NCBI GenBank assembly: GCA_035457725.1
Contig: DATIBC010000057.1
Location: 3,258 to 67,257 of the forward strand
DNA length: 64,000 nucleotides
Reading direction: 5' to 3'
From: Alphaproteobacteria bacterium
Lineage (GTDB): Bacteria; Pseudomonadota; Alphaproteobacteria; CACIAM-22H2
Made by a program: the position numbers and the translations under genes. The notes under the pieces were generated by a model. It made no database searches, had not been told where the DNA came from, and worked only from the letters and a program-made list of their open reading frames with translations. This document shows positions 18,861 through 32,348 of this stretch, piece by piece. Position 1 is the first letter of the stretch; each line of letters starts with the position of its first letter.

Positions 18861-21845
18861 GTGCGAGAGGAAATGACCGAGTTCTTTTCCGGATTTGCCG
18901 AGGCGCGATGGCCCCAGCCCGGCGACCGCGATCGCGTCGCCCAGGAGCTTGCCGCTTGGCTGGCGGCGGCCGAGGAGATCGACGATCCGGAGACCCGCAG
19001 CCGCGCCAAGCGACTTAGCGGCATGAAACTCGTCAGGAATGCGCTCGCCGCCGTTTTCGGAAATTCTCCCTATCTCGCCGATTGCGCGTTACGCCAGCCG
19101 GGGTTCCTCGTCGACCTGCTAAGCGCCGGCCCCGACGAGGCCCTTCGCCGTCTCTCGGCCGAACTCGCCGCGACGCACCGCGCGTCGGCTTCGATCGCCG
19201 ACCTAATGGCTGGCCTCAGGATCGCCAAGCGCCGCGCCGCGCTGACGGTCGCGCTCGCCGATATCGCCGCGCTTTGGCCACTCGAGCGGGTCACTGCGGC
19301 GCTCAGCGACTTCGCCGAGCTGGCCCTCGACCTCGCGGCGCGACATTTGCTGCGCGAGGCGGCATCCGCCGGGGCGTTCCGACTGCCACATGCCGATGAT
19401 CCGGCGCGCGACTCGGGTCTGGCGATCATCGGCATGGGCAAGCTCGGCGCCCGTGAGCTCAATTATTCGAGCGATATCGACATCATCGTTCTGTACGACG
19501 ACGAGACGATCGAAACCGATTCACCGGAGGCGTTGCGACATCATTTCGTCCGGCTGGCGCGCGGGCTGGTCAAGATCATGCAGGAGAGCACGCCCGAGGG
19601 CTACGTCTTGCGCACCGATCTGCGGCTACGGCCCGATCCCGGTTCCACCCCTCTCGCCATATCGATGACCGCGGCGGAGATTTACTACGAAAGCTTCGGC
19701 CAGAACTGGGAACGCGCGGCGATGATCAAGGCGCGCGCCGTCGCCGGCGACATCGCCGCCGGACAAGCATTCCTTTCTCGGCTGCGGCCCTATGTCTGGC
19801 GCAAGCACCTCGATTTCGCGGCGATTCAAGACATCCACTCGATCAAGCGGCAGATCAACGCCCATCACGGCGGAGCGCGCATCGAACTCGGCGAACACAA
19901 CATCAAGATTGGCCGTGGCGGCATCCGCGAGATCGAATTTTTCGTGCAGACGCAACAGCTGATCTGGGGTGGCCGAACCCCATCGCTACGCAAGGCGGCG
20001 ACGTGCGATGCGCTCGCCGCGCTCGCCGAAGCTGGGCGTGTACGCACCGATACCGCGGCCGAGCTGCAGGAATCGTATCGGTTCCTTCGGCAGGTGGAGC
20101 ACCGCCTGCAGATGGTCGACGACAGGCAGACCCACAGCTTGCCCTCCGAAGGCCCGCGAATGGACGCACTGGCCGTCTTTCTGGGTTTCAAGAACGGCAA
20201 GGAGTTCGGGAGCGAGATGCTGAAGCATTTGCGGCGCGTCGAGGGACATTACGCACGGCTGTTCGAGGAAGCGCCCACCCTATCGGGTCCCGGAAATCTG
20301 GTTTTCACCGGCGCCGAAGACGACCCGGCGACCCTGCGAACGCTCGCCGAAATGGGGTACACGGATCCCAAACACGTCGCCGGGGCGATCCGCGGCTGGC
20401 ATCATGGCCGCGTCCGCGCCATGCGCTCGGTCCGCGCGCGCGAATTGCTGACCGAACTGGTGCCCGCGTTGCTGCAGGCGCTGGCCCGCACGCCGCAACC
20501 CGACGCCGCATTGCGCAAGTTCGACGAATTTCTTGCCCGGCTGCCCGCCGGCGTGCAGCTCTTTTCGCTGTTTCACGCCAATCCCGGCCTGCTCGATCTG
20601 GTCGCCGAGATCATGGGTGGCGCGCCGCGACTGGCGGAGACGCTTGCCCGTCACACCCACCTGCTTGACGCGGTGCTGAGCGAGGGATTCCTCACCGCGC
20701 TGCCTGACCGCGCGTCGCTTGACGCCGATCTGGGCCGCGCGCTCGAGCAGGCGCGCGATTTTCAGGACGTGCTCGACATCGCACGGCGTTGGAACGCCGA
20801 GCGGCAATTCCAGATTGGCGTGCAGCTCCTGCGCGGCGCCGCGACGCCCGAACGCGCCGGCGCGGCGCTGGCCGACGTCGCCGAGACGGTGATCGCGGCG
20901 ATGCAGCCGGCGGTCGAAGCCGATTTCGCCCGCCAGCACGGTCAAGTCAAGGGCGGACGGCTCGCGGTCGTCGCCATGGGCAAGCTCGGTGGCCGGGAGA
21001 TGACGATCACGTCCGACCTCGATCTGATCTTCATTTATGCCGCCGAGCCGAATATCGAGCAATCGACCGGCTCGCGCGGCCTGCCAGTGCCGCTTTTCTA
21101 CGCTCGCCTCGCCAGCCGACTGATCAACGCGCTGACCGCATTGACCGGCGAGGGCCGCCTGTACGACGTCGACATGAGACTGCGCCCGTCGGGCAATAAG
21201 GGTCCGCTGGCGACCAATCTCGATGGGTTTCTCGTCTACAATCGCGATTCGGCGTGGACTTGGGAAATTATGGCGCTGACGCGCGCTCGGCCGATTACAG
21301 GACCGCCGGCGTTTCAGGCCGAGATTGCCGCTGCGATCCGTGACATTCTCACCCGCCCTCGCGACCCCCCCAAGCTGATCTCGGACATCGCGGCAATGCG
21401 CGCGCTAATCGCCCGCGAGCATCCGTCACGCGATCCGTGGGAAGTCAAGCATTGGCGTGGTGGACTGATCGACGTCGAATTCATCGCGCAATATTTGCAG
21501 CTTCGGCACGGAACCGAGCGGCCTCAGATCCTCGCGACCAATACGCGGGAGGCTTTGGCCTCCGCGATGGCGGCTGGCGTGCTGGACGAGGAGGCGGGAG
21601 ATGCCTTGATCGCGGCGCATCGCCTCTGGCAGGCGGTGCAGAGCCTGCTGCGACTTTGCGTCGAGGGACCATTCGACGCCAGCAACGCGCCCGACGCGCT
21701 GAAACGGGCGCTGGCGCGTACGGCGGGCGCAAGCGATTTCACCGCGCTCGAAGCGCGCATGCTCGCCGACGCATCGCGTGTCAGACTGATCTTCGATCGA
21801 ATGATTCCCTCCGCCGAGGGCGGCGAGGCCGTGAAACGAGCCTAG
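18861..21845 (+). CDS. glnE: bifunctional glutamine synthetase adenylyltransferase/adenylyl-removing enzyme GlnE
   Basis: 994-aa ORF with two nucleotidyltransferase modules (GMGKLGARELNYSSDIDI and AMGKLGGREMTITSDLDL). The start could be the GTG at 18861 or the ATG at 18873. Confidence 0.92.
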   Translation: MREEMTEFFSGFAEARWPQPGDRDRVAQELAAWLAAAEEIDDPETRSRAKRLSGMKLVRNALAAVFGNSPYLADCALRQPGFLVDLLSAGPDEALRRLSAELAATHRASASIADLMAGLRIAKRRAALTVALADIAALWPLERVTAALSDFAELALDLAARHLLREAASAGAFRLPHADDPARDSGLAIIGMGKLGARELNYSSDIDIIVLYDDETIETDSPEALRHHFVRLARGLVKIMQESTPEGYVLRTDLRLRPDPGSTPLAISMTAAEIYYESFGQNWERAAMIKARAVAGDIAAGQAFLSRLRPYVWRKHLDFAAIQDIHSIKRQINAHHGGARIELGEHNIKIGRGGIREIEFFVQTQQLIWGGRTPSLRKAATCDALAALAEAGRVRTDTAAELQESYRFLRQVEHRLQMVDDRQTHSLPSEGPRMDALAVFLGFKNGKEFGSEMLKHLRRVEGHYARLFEEAPTLSGPGNLVFTGAEDDPATLRTLAEMGYTDPKHVAGAIRGWHHGRVRAMRSVRARELLTELVPALLQALARTPQPDAALRKFDEFLARLPAGVQLFSLFHANPGLLDLVAEIMGGAPRLAETLARHTHLLDAVLSEGFLTALPDRASLDADLGRALEQARDFQDVLDIARRWNAERQFQIGVQLLRGAATPERAGAALADVAETVIAAMQPAVEADFARQHGQVKGGRLAVVAMGKLGGREMTITSDLDLIFIYAAEPNIEQSTGSRGLPVPLFYARLASRLINALTALTGEGRLYDVDMRLRPSGNKGPLATNLDGFLVYNRDSAWTWEIMALTRARPITGPPAFQAEIAAAIRDILTRPRDPPKLISDIAAMRALIAREHPSRDPWEVKHWRGGLIDVEFIAQYLQLRHGTERPQILATNTREALASAMAAGVLDEEAGDALIAAHRLWQAVQSLLRLCVEGPFDASNAPDALKRALARTAGASDFTALEARMLADASRVRLIFDRMIPSAEGGEAVKRA

Positions 21846-21887
21846 CTGCCATGTCGTTCGAACCCAACGAGAAAGGACTCAATCGCC

Positions 21888-22367
21888 ATGCCTACCGACG
21901 CGCGTGAGCTCGAGATCGGCGACAAGGCGCCGGATTTCGACCTGCCGACCGACGGAGCGGGGAAGCTGCGCCTGTCGGACCTGCGCGGTCGCAGGGTCGT
22001 GCTGTATTTCTATCCCAAGGACAACACCTCCGGATGCACCAAGGAGGCCTGCCGATTCAACGAGGAACTGCCCGACTTCCGCAAGTTAAAGGCGGAAATA
22101 GTCGGCGTATCGCGCGACAGCATCACCAGCCACGACGGCTTCAGGAAGAAATACCGCCTCGGCTTCAAGCTCGTCGCCGACGTCGACGGCAAGGCATGCG
22201 CCGCCTACGGCACATGGGTCGAGAAAAGCATGTATGGCCGCAAATACATGGGAATCGATCGCGCGACGTTCTTGATCGACGAAAAGGGCGTGATACGCGG
22301 AGTCTGGCGCAAGGTCAAAGTCCCCGGCCACGTCGAAGCCGTCTTGGCCGCGGCCAAAGCCTTGTAG
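21888..22367 (+). CDS. bcp: thioredoxin-dependent peroxiredoxin Bcp
   Basis: 159-aa ORF. YFYPKDNTSGCTKEAC carries the peroxidatic Cys motif. Confidence 0.9.
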   Translation: MPTDARELEIGDKAPDFDLPTDGAGKLRLSDLRGRRVVLYFYPKDNTSGCTKEACRFNEELPDFRKLKAEIVGVSRDSITSHDGFRKKYRLGFKLVADVDGKACAAYGTWVEKSMYGRKYMGIDRATFLIDEKGVIRGVWRKVKVPGHVEAVLAAAKAL

Positions 22368-22428
22368 CCTCGATCGGTATCGAGCGTCCCAGTCCGATTA
22401 CGCGTTAAAGGTCACGGGCAGCCAGGGT

Positions 22429-22457
22429 CCTCGCGCCTGGCCGCAGCCAGCGCGAGG
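22429..22457. terminator. GC-rich hairpin between convergent bcp and the GYD gene (possible bidirectional terminator)
   Basis: CCTCGCGCCTGGC-CGCA-GCCAGCGCGAGG gives a stem of about 12 bp with one bulged C. There is no clear U-tract. Confidence 0.4.
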
Positions 22458-22476
22458 CCCACTGCCGACTTCGGGA

Positions 22477-22779
22477 TTACCGCTTTTTCTTGCCGCGCAT
22501 CCCGGCGTTCTTGAGCGCCGTCACCATCGTCCGTTCGTCGAAGGCGGGACAACTGACGATCTTGCCGTAGCCCTGCTCACCGTACCACACCGAGAAGGCC
22601 AGCATCGCTTCGCTGCTCGGCGCGTCGACCACGTCGACGAAATCATAGACACCTTGCGTGTAGTACACGCTCTCGAGCCTGATCCCGAGCAGCTTCAGCT
22701 TGGCGCGCGCGGTCGTCGTGCGTTTTTCTTGCTTGGTCAGGAATTGCGGACTGAGCGTGCCGAGAAGTACGTACCTCAT
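22477..22779 (-). CDS. GYD domain-containing protein
   Basis: 100-aa ORF. MRYVLLGTL...GVYDFVDVVDAPS...A matches the GYD-family pattern. Confidence 0.75.
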   Translation of the reverse strand: MRYVLLGTLSPQFLTKQEKRTTTARAKLKLLGIRLESVYYTQGVYDFVDVVDAPSSEAMLAFSVWYGEQGYGKIVSCPAFDERTMVTALKNAGMRGKKKR

Positions 22780-22846
22780 TGCTGGGACCTCCTGCCGGTT
22801 TGGGCCTGATTTAACACGTGCTGGCGCCGCGTCGTCGAGCGGTCAG

Positions 22847-23978
22847 CTATTCCGCGGCGCTTGCCGCGGCGCCGCCGCTGCCCTTGAGTCGCGCCGCGAG
22901 CGATGCTTCGAGAAAGCGGTCGATGTCGCCATCGAGCACGCCGGCGGTGTCGCTGGTCTCGACCGCTGTGCGCAGGTCCTTGACCATCTGATAGGGCTGC
23001 AGCACGTAGGATCGTATCTGATGGCCCCAGCCGATGTCGCTCTTCGACTCGTGCTCGGCCAAAGCGGCGGCTTCGCGCTTTTGCAGCTCCGCCTCGTACA
23101 TCCGCGCGCGCAGCATTTTCCAGGCGCGTTCGCGGTTCTTGTGCTGCGAGCGCTCGGTCTGGCAGGCGACCACGATTCCCGTCGGAACATGGGTCAGACG
23201 CACCGCGCTCTCCGTTTTGTTGACGTGCTGGCCGCCCGCGCCCGAGGCGCGATAGACGTCGGTGCGCACGTCGCCTTCGCTGATCTCGATCTGAATCGTG
23301 TCGTCGACCACCGGATAGACCCATACGGAGGCAAAGCTGGTATGGCGTCTCGCGTTCGAATCGAACGGCGAGATGCGGACCAGCCGGTGCACGCCGCTTT
23401 CGGTCTTGAGCCAGCCATAGGCATTCGGGCCGACGATTTTGAGGGTCGCCGACTTTATTCCCGCTTCCTCGCCTGGGCTGACCTCCTCGAATTCAGCCTT
23501 GTAGTCGTGACCCTCGGCCCAGCGCATGTACATGCGCAGGAGGATTTCCGCCCAATCTTGCGATTCGGTGCCGCCGGCGCCGGCGTGAATCTCGAGATAG
23601 GCGTCGTTGCCGTCGGCCTCACCGGACAGCAGCGCTTCGAGACCGCGCTTCTCCGCCGTCTCGCGCAACTTGGCGAGCGCCTGTTCGCCCTCTTTGATCG
23701 CCGCCGGATCGCCCTCGGCCTCGCCAAGCTCGATCAGCGTCATGGCGTCCTCAAGCTCGCGTTCGAGCGCGCGGAAACTGGCGAGCGCCTTGTCGAGCTG
23801 TGCCCGCTCGCGCAACAAGGCCTGCGCCTTTTGCGCGTCATTCCACAGCCCCGGATCGTTCGCTATCTCGTTCAGTTCAGCGAAACGCGCGACCGCCCGA
23901 TCCCAGTCAAAGGTGCCTCCTCAGCAGTTCGAGCGACTGCTTGATTTCGGCGGCGATCGTGGAAATTTCTGCGCGCAT
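22847..23978 (-). CDS. prfB: peptide chain release factor 2, requires programmed +1 frameshift
   Basis: Frame 0 runs from the ATG at 23978 ([23 protein letters not shown]) and ends at an in-frame TGA at 23909..23907. The +1 frame continues [24 protein letters not shown]... into the 323-aa track ORF, which carries SPF and GGQ (SGAGGQHVN). Confidence 0.95.
23906..23921 (-). other. prfB +1 frameshift cassette (internal SD-like AGGAGG, then CTT TGA C)
   Basis: Minus-strand sequence AGGAGG CAC CTT TGA C. The SD-like element is 3 nt from the CUU slippery codon, as in E. coli prfB. Confidence 0.9.
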
Positions 23979-24018
23979 GTCTCAAGGGAGTCCGTGATTG
24001 GTCAGTCGATCACCGGCC

Positions 24019-26430
24019 CTAGTATAACCCGCCGCCCTCGCTCGCCGGAACCGGCGTCGCGACCGCGCCGGCGACTCCAGGGCCGCCGTCGACCAGCGGG
24101 CCGCGCGGCGAGTTTTCGCTGCCGGGCTTGAATGCCTCCCAGATCGCTTTGGGATCGCTTGCCCGCGCGAACTCCCCCGAGGTCGGATTGACCCGCACCA
24201 GCCGGATGCCGGGCGGAATACGGAAGGGCGTCGACGCGCGGTTTTCCAGCACTTCGGCCATGAAGTCGCGGAACACCGGCAACGCTACCGAACTGCCGGT
24301 TTCGCGCTCGCCGAGCGTGCGCGGCGTGTCGAAGCCCATGAATACTCCCGCCACCAAGTCGGGCGTGAAGCCGATGAACCAGGTGTCGTGGCTGTCGTTG
24401 GTCGTGCCGGTCTTGCCGGCGAGCGGCCGTCGCAGTTCGACCAATCGGCGCGCCGTGCCGCGCTCCACGGCGCCCTGCATCATCGACACCATTTGGTAGG
24501 CGGTGGGGGCGTCGACCACGCGCTCGCGCAGGTCGGGAATCTGCGGCGCCGGCAGACCTGGCGACCATTGCGCGTCGCTGCATCCTTCGCATGGGCGCCT
24601 GTCATGCTTGAAGATCGTCCTGCCCGTACGATCTTGCACCCGGTCGATCCAGGTCGGAGTGATCTTGAGACCGCCATTGACCAGCATCGCGTACGCAGCA
24701 GTAAGCTTGAGCAGCGTCGTCTCGCCGGCCCCCAGCGCCATCGAAAGATGCGGCGGCATGGAATCGACGATGCCAAACCGCCTGGCGTAGTCGACCACCT
24801 TCTCCATGCCGATGCTGTCGGCGAGCCGTACGGTCATCAGGTTGCGCGACTGCTCGATGCCGACGCGCATGGGGACGGGACCCAGAAAATCGCGTCCATA
24901 GTTCTTCGGCTTCCACAGCCCGAGTCCCACGCCTTGCTCCAGCGCCACCGGTCCATCGAGGATAATGCTGGTCGGGGTGAATCCGGAATTGAGCCCGGCC
25001 AGATAAACGAACGGCTTGAACGCCGAGCCGGGTTGGCGCTGCGCCTGCGTCACGCGGTTAAATTGGCTGGCCTCGAAGCTCCATCCGCCGGTCATCGCCA
25101 GCACGCGCCCGGTATGAGGATCGAGCGAAACGACGGCGCCGCCGATGGCGGGAATCTGACGCAGCGCGTACTCGTCGCTTTTGCCCTCGATGCGCTCGAC
25201 GACGACGATGTCGCCGACCGCAAGCGCATCGGCCGGCTGGCGCAATGGCGGGCCAAGCTTCTGATCTTCGAGCGTCTTTCGCGCCCAGCGCATCGCCTCA
25301 AAGGGAATCGAGCCCTTGGCGCCATTGGCGAAGCCGATGTCGGCGACATTCGGCGTCAGGGCGAGAACCGTGGCGATCTCCCAAGGTGCTAGCGCAGGGA
25401 CGCGAGGCATCGCATTGAGCCGTTCGCGCCAAGCCGGCCCTGGTTCAATCTGGCCCAGCGCGCCGCGGTAGCCGTGCCTCCGGTCATAGGCGATGAGGCC
25501 GCTGCGCAGCGCGCGATCGGCGGCCGCCTGCAGCCGCGGGTCGAGCGTCGTACGCACCGAGAGCCCGCCTCGGTAAAGCTGGTTCTCGCCGTAACGCGCC
25601 AAGATTTCGCGCCGCACTTCCTCGGCAAAATAGTCGGCACGGACCAGCACCGACTCGTCGCGCACTCGCAGCGTGATCGGCGTGTTGCGCGCCGCCTCGG
25701 CCTCGGCGGCGGAGATGATGCCGTCTTCGAGCATGCGCCCGAGGGCCCAGTCGCGACGCGCCTTCGCCGCCTCGGGATAGCGGGCGGGGTTATAATTGTT
25801 GGGCGCCTTCGGCAGCGCGGCGAGGAACGCCGCCTCGGCGATGGTCAGGTCGTCGAGCGACTTATCGAAGTAGTAAAGCGCGGCGGCCGCCACGCCATAG
25901 GCGCTGGCGCCGAGGTAGATTTCGTTCATATACAGTTCGAGGATTTGCTCCTTGCTAAGCGCTTCCTCGATGCGCATCGCAAGCAACGCCTCGCGTACCT
26001 TGCGTTCGATCGACACCTCGTTCGTCAGCAAGAAGTTCTTGGCGACCTGTTGGGTGATTGTTGAGGCGCCCACCGGACGCCGGTTCTGGCCGAGTTGCGC
26101 CAGGTTGGTCAGCGCGGCGCGAACGATGTCGGGAAAACTGATGCCGTGATGGCTGTAAAAATTCTTGTCCTCGGCCGACAGGAACGCCTCGATGACGAGT
26201 TTGGGAATGACCTCGATCGGCACGTAGAGCCGCCGTTCGGTGGCGAACTCGGCGAGGATGCGTCCATCGCCAGCGTGGACGCGGGTCAAGATCGCCGGCT
26301 GATATTTCGCCAGCTGCTGGTGATCGGGCAGTCCACGCCCAAAATGCCATATCGCCAGGGCCACCGCTCCGGCCCCGCCGACGATCGCGAGCACGAGAAG
26401 AATGAACAATGCGGTCAGCAGCTTACGCAT
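24019..26430 (-). CDS. mrcA: penicillin-binding protein 1A (bifunctional glycosyltransferase/transpeptidase)
   Basis: 803-aa ORF with an N-terminal TM helix, GT51 motifs (EDKNFYSHHGI, RKVREA), and transpeptidase SxxK (SAFKP), SxN and KTGT motifs. Confidence 0.92.
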   Translation of the reverse strand: MRKLLTALFILLVLAIVGGAGAVALAIWHFGRGLPDHQQLAKYQPAILTRVHAGDGRILAEFATERRLYVPIEVIPKLVIEAFLSAEDKNFYSHHGISFPDIVRAALTNLAQLGQNRRPVGASTITQQVAKNFLLTNEVSIERKVREALLAMRIEEALSKEQILELYMNEIYLGASAYGVAAAALYYFDKSLDDLTIAEAAFLAALPKAPNNYNPARYPEAAKARRDWALGRMLEDGIISAAEAEAARNTPITLRVRDESVLVRADYFAEEVRREILARYGENQLYRGGLSVRTTLDPRLQAAADRALRSGLIAYDRRHGYRGALGQIEPGPAWRERLNAMPRVPALAPWEIATVLALTPNVADIGFANGAKGSIPFEAMRWARKTLEDQKLGPPLRQPADALAVGDIVVVERIEGKSDEYALRQIPAIGGAVVSLDPHTGRVLAMTGGWSFEASQFNRVTQAQRQPGSAFKPFVYLAGLNSGFTPTSIILDGPVALEQGVGLGLWKPKNYGRDFLGPVPMRVGIEQSRNLMTVRLADSIGMEKVVDYARRFGIVDSMPPHLSMALGAGETTLLKLTAAYAMLVNGGLKITPTWIDRVQDRTGRTIFKHDRRPCEGCSDAQWSPGLPAPQIPDLRERVVDAPTAYQMVSMMQGAVERGTARRLVELRRPLAGKTGTTNDSHDTWFIGFTPDLVAGVFMGFDTPRTLGERETGSSVALPVFRDFMAEVLENRASTPFRIPPGIRLVRVNPTSGEFARASDPKAIWEAFKPGSENSPRGPLVDGGPGVAGAVATPVPASEGGGLY

Positions 26431-26490
26431 AACGGGGAGCGATCTCTCGGCGGCGGCAGGGGCGCATCGTCATGGCGCCCATTTGACCAC

Positions 26491-26519
26491 AAAAAAAGTG
26501 ACCGAGAAATGACCGGTCA
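26491..26519 (-). terminator. intrinsic terminator downstream of amiC
   Basis: The minus strand reads TGACCG-gtcatttct-CGGTCA followed by CTTTTTTTG. The hairpin begins at the amiC TGA stop. Confidence 0.6.
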
Positions 26520-27887
26520 ACGCCGAACGGAGTGTTTGGCGAAATATTTATCCAATGAGCGAACGATGCCGGCGGCGACCTTTCTGCGGTGGTGCTGGCG
26601 GTTCAGCAGGCGCTCCTCGTCAGGATTTGAGAGATAACCGAGTTCGACCAAGATCGATGGGGTGTCGGGGGCCTTGAGCACGGCAAAGCCGGCGAAGCGG
26701 TGCGGCTTCGCCGGCAAAAGCGGGACGTCGTGCGCCAGCTCCTGTACCAGGACTCCGGCTAGGATGGCCGATTGATTGTTGGTTTCGCGCTGCGCCAGGT
26801 CGATCAAGATCGTCGCCACCTCGGGCGTCTCGTTGGACAGATCGACGCCGGCGATGATGTCGGCGCGATTTTCGCGTTGCGCCAGCGCCGCGGCTTCGGA
26901 ATCCGAGGCGGTCTCCGACAACGTGTATATGGACGCGCCGCTAGTGTGACGGTTGCCGATCGAATCGGCGTGGATCGACACGAACAAATCGGCGTTCAGT
27001 GCGCGCGCTTTGGCGACGCGGTCGCGCAACCGGAGGAAAATGTCGCTGTCGCGCGTCAGATGAACGCGGTAGCGGCCGGTCGCCTCGAGCTGTTGCTTGA
27101 CCTCGCGCGAAATGCCGAGCGTGACGTTCTTCTCCATTGTGCCGCGCGCGCCGATGGCGCCGGGATCGACGCCGCCGTGGCCAGGATCAATGACGATGAT
27201 CCGCTTGTCGCCGCTCCGCCGCGCGCTTGGCTTGGTCGCCTCGGGCTTGGGCGGTACCGTCACCGCCGTCGGGGTCGGCTTGGGGACCACCGTTATGCGC
27301 GATCCCGGTGCGGCGGCAAGTTGGGGCGTGTCGACAACGCGGGCTGTCTCGCCCGCAACCTGTTTGAGATCGCTTCCCGATGGCGCCCACGGCTGGACGG
27401 CGGCCTGGAACTCAAGCGGCGACGCGCGCTCCAATTCGAAGATCAGGCGCTGCGCCTTCTTGGCGCCGGCAAGCGCGTAGCCGACTTTGCGGATTCGGGC
27501 GGGCGCCGAAAGATCGAACACCAGCCGCGACGTTTCGGTGTCGAACTGGCCGTAGCGGTAGCCGGCGATAACGCCCTTTGGGCTGTGCGTCACGCTGTTC
27601 AGACGGAAATCCAGCACCGGAAAGTCGACGACCAGCCGCATCGGCTCGCTGAGAAATAGCGCGCGGTACTCGGCACGCTGGCTTAGATCGACGGTGATCT
27701 GCGTCAGTCCGCCGATGTCGCGCACGGCGATAGCGCTGACCACCCCTTGCGTGGCCGCCAGTACGCCCGTGGTAGCCAAGGTCAGCGCGACCGCAAGCCC
27801 GGCCGTCACATGCCGTACAGCAAACACCGTAGTCCCCTGTCGCGAATCCAGAGTCGAACAATATCCGTTATCGATCAATGGTTTCAA
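26517..27887 (-). CDS. amiC: N-acetylmuramoyl-L-alanine amidase (AMIN domain plus amidase_3, AmiC-type)
   Basis: 456-aa ORF with a signal/TM region, an AMIN-like segment (TQITVDLS...MRLVVDF), a linker, then the amidase_3 core (IVIDPGHGGVDPGA...SIHAD...LVELGYLSN). The start codon is uncertain. Confidence 0.85.
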   Translation of the reverse strand: MKPLIDNGYCSTLDSRQGTTVFAVRHVTAGLAVALTLATTGVLAATQGVVSAIAVRDIGGLTQITVDLSQRAEYRALFLSEPMRLVVDFPVLDFRLNSVTHSPKGVIAGYRYGQFDTETSRLVFDLSAPARIRKVGYALAGAKKAQRLIFELERASPLEFQAAVQPWAPSGSDLKQVAGETARVVDTPQLAAAPGSRITVVPKPTPTAVTVPPKPEATKPSARRSGDKRIIVIDPGHGGVDPGAIGARGTMEKNVTLGISREVKQQLEATGRYRVHLTRDSDIFLRLRDRVAKARALNADLFVSIHADSIGNRHTSGASIYTLSETASDSEAAALAQRENRADIIAGVDLSNETPEVATILIDLAQRETNNQSAILAGVLVQELAHDVPLLPAKPHRFAGFAVLKAPDTPSILVELGYLSNPDEERLLNRQHHRRKVAAGIVRSLDKYFAKHSVRR

Positions 27888-28271
27888 TCGAAAAGCGAGG
27901 AAATTGCTTTGGTCTCTAACAATATCCCATTGTGGTCACGGTAGGCCGCCTGTATGTTACCGCTGCCTGTGGATCGGCAGCCGCCCTGTTCGGGATGGGC
28001 GCCGGATTGCGCCCCGGTGACGGCGGCGCCACAGGTGGTATGTACACGGAAGCCGACTTAACGGACGCTGTGGTTGACCCGGTTCGATGCGACCATCCGG
28101 TCGACGCGCCGGAGGGCGAAGGGCGAGTTCCCTCGCTACCGTTGGCACCGTCGAGGTTCGGCTTTGGATTCACTGGCGTAGCGCCTCGTGCGCGCTGCTT
28201 GCGGCTCTGTTGAGCCCACGCTGTCAGCGCTATTTGGCGGCAACGCCCCGCTCTTTGGAGATCCCTGAAAT
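27888..28271 (+). promoter_or_regulatory. long non-coding leader/promoter region upstream of rne
   Basis: About 380-nt gap with no credible ORF before the RNase E start. rne is known to be autoregulated through a long 5' UTR in other proteobacteria. No structure was verified here. Confidence 0.4.
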
Positions 28272-31316
<3,045 letters not shown>

Positions 31317-31355
31317 CGTTGTCGCGACGCGCGATCCGCGCGAGAGACGCCATAG

Positions 31356-32246
31356 ATGGACGCGAGCGATCTGCGCATCTTCGAAGCGGTCGCCCGGTTG
31401 GGCGCGATGAATCGCGCCGCGAGCGAGCTTAATACGGTTCAGTCCAACGTGACCGCGCGCATCCGCGCGCTCGAAAGAGAGTTGGAGACGCCGCTGTTCC
31501 GCCGTCATCGCGGCGGCGTCGTGCTAACTGCGGCGGGTGAGCGGCTGCTACCCTACGCCCTACGCATACGGCGCATGATCGATGAGGCGCGCAGCGTGGC
31601 GCGCGATGACGGCGCGCCCAAGGGCCGCCTCATCGTCGGCGCACTCGAAAGCACCGCCGCGCATCGCCTCTCGCCGCTACTCGCCGACTACGTCGCGGCG
31701 CATCCGGCCGTCGATCTGGTGCTGCGCACCGGTACGAGCTGCGAGTTGATCGACAAGACGCTCGCTTACGAGGTCGATGGCGCGTTCGTTTGCGGTCCGG
31801 TGGATCATCGCGATCTGGTCGGCGAAGTCGTATTTCGCGAAGAACTCGTTTTGGTCACGGCGCGCGGTGCGCGTGGCTTCGCGGCGCTGCCGCATGCCCG
31901 CGATCTCAAGCTGGTCGTATTGCGGGCTGGCTGTTCGTACCGCCAACGCCTTGAGACGCTCCTCGCCGCACGCGGCGTGGCGGCGACGCGGATTCTCGAG
32001 TTCGGAACGCTCGATGCGATCGTCGCCTGCGTCGCCGCAGGCCTCGGCGTAACGCTGCTGCCAAAAACCGTCGTCGCCCAGGCCGTTCGCGATCGGCGCG
32101 TGCGCGAGCATGAACTTGCCCCTGTCGAGGCCGCAGTCGAGACGCTATTCATCCGCCGCCGAGACGCGCATATCTCGAGCGCGCTCGCCGCATTCCTTGA
32201 CGCCGCACGCCGGGCGGAGCGCATCGCGGCGAACGCCGCCGAATGA
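31356..32246 (+). CDS. LysR-family transcriptional regulator
   Basis: 296-aa ORF with the N-terminal wHTH (LRIFEAVARLGAMNRAASELNTVQSNVTARIRALE) and a LysR substrate-binding domain. Confidence 0.88.
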   Translation: MDASDLRIFEAVARLGAMNRAASELNTVQSNVTARIRALERELETPLFRRHRGGVVLTAAGERLLPYALRIRRMIDEARSVARDDGAPKGRLIVGALESTAAHRLSPLLADYVAAHPAVDLVLRTGTSCELIDKTLAYEVDGAFVCGPVDHRDLVGEVVFREELVLVTARGARGFAALPHARDLKLVVLRAGCSYRQRLETLLAARGVAATRILEFGTLDAIVACVAAGLGVTLLPKTVVAQAVRDRRVREHELAPVEAAVETLFIRRRDAHISSALAAFLDAARRAERIAANAAE

Positions 32247-32348
32247 ATCTATCTGCGGCGACGATAACCGTTATCATCTAAAAGCGTTTGGCACGCGTTC
32301 GTGCACCGCCTAACTTTGTCGCCCGTGCGGGCGACGTGGAGGCGTGGC

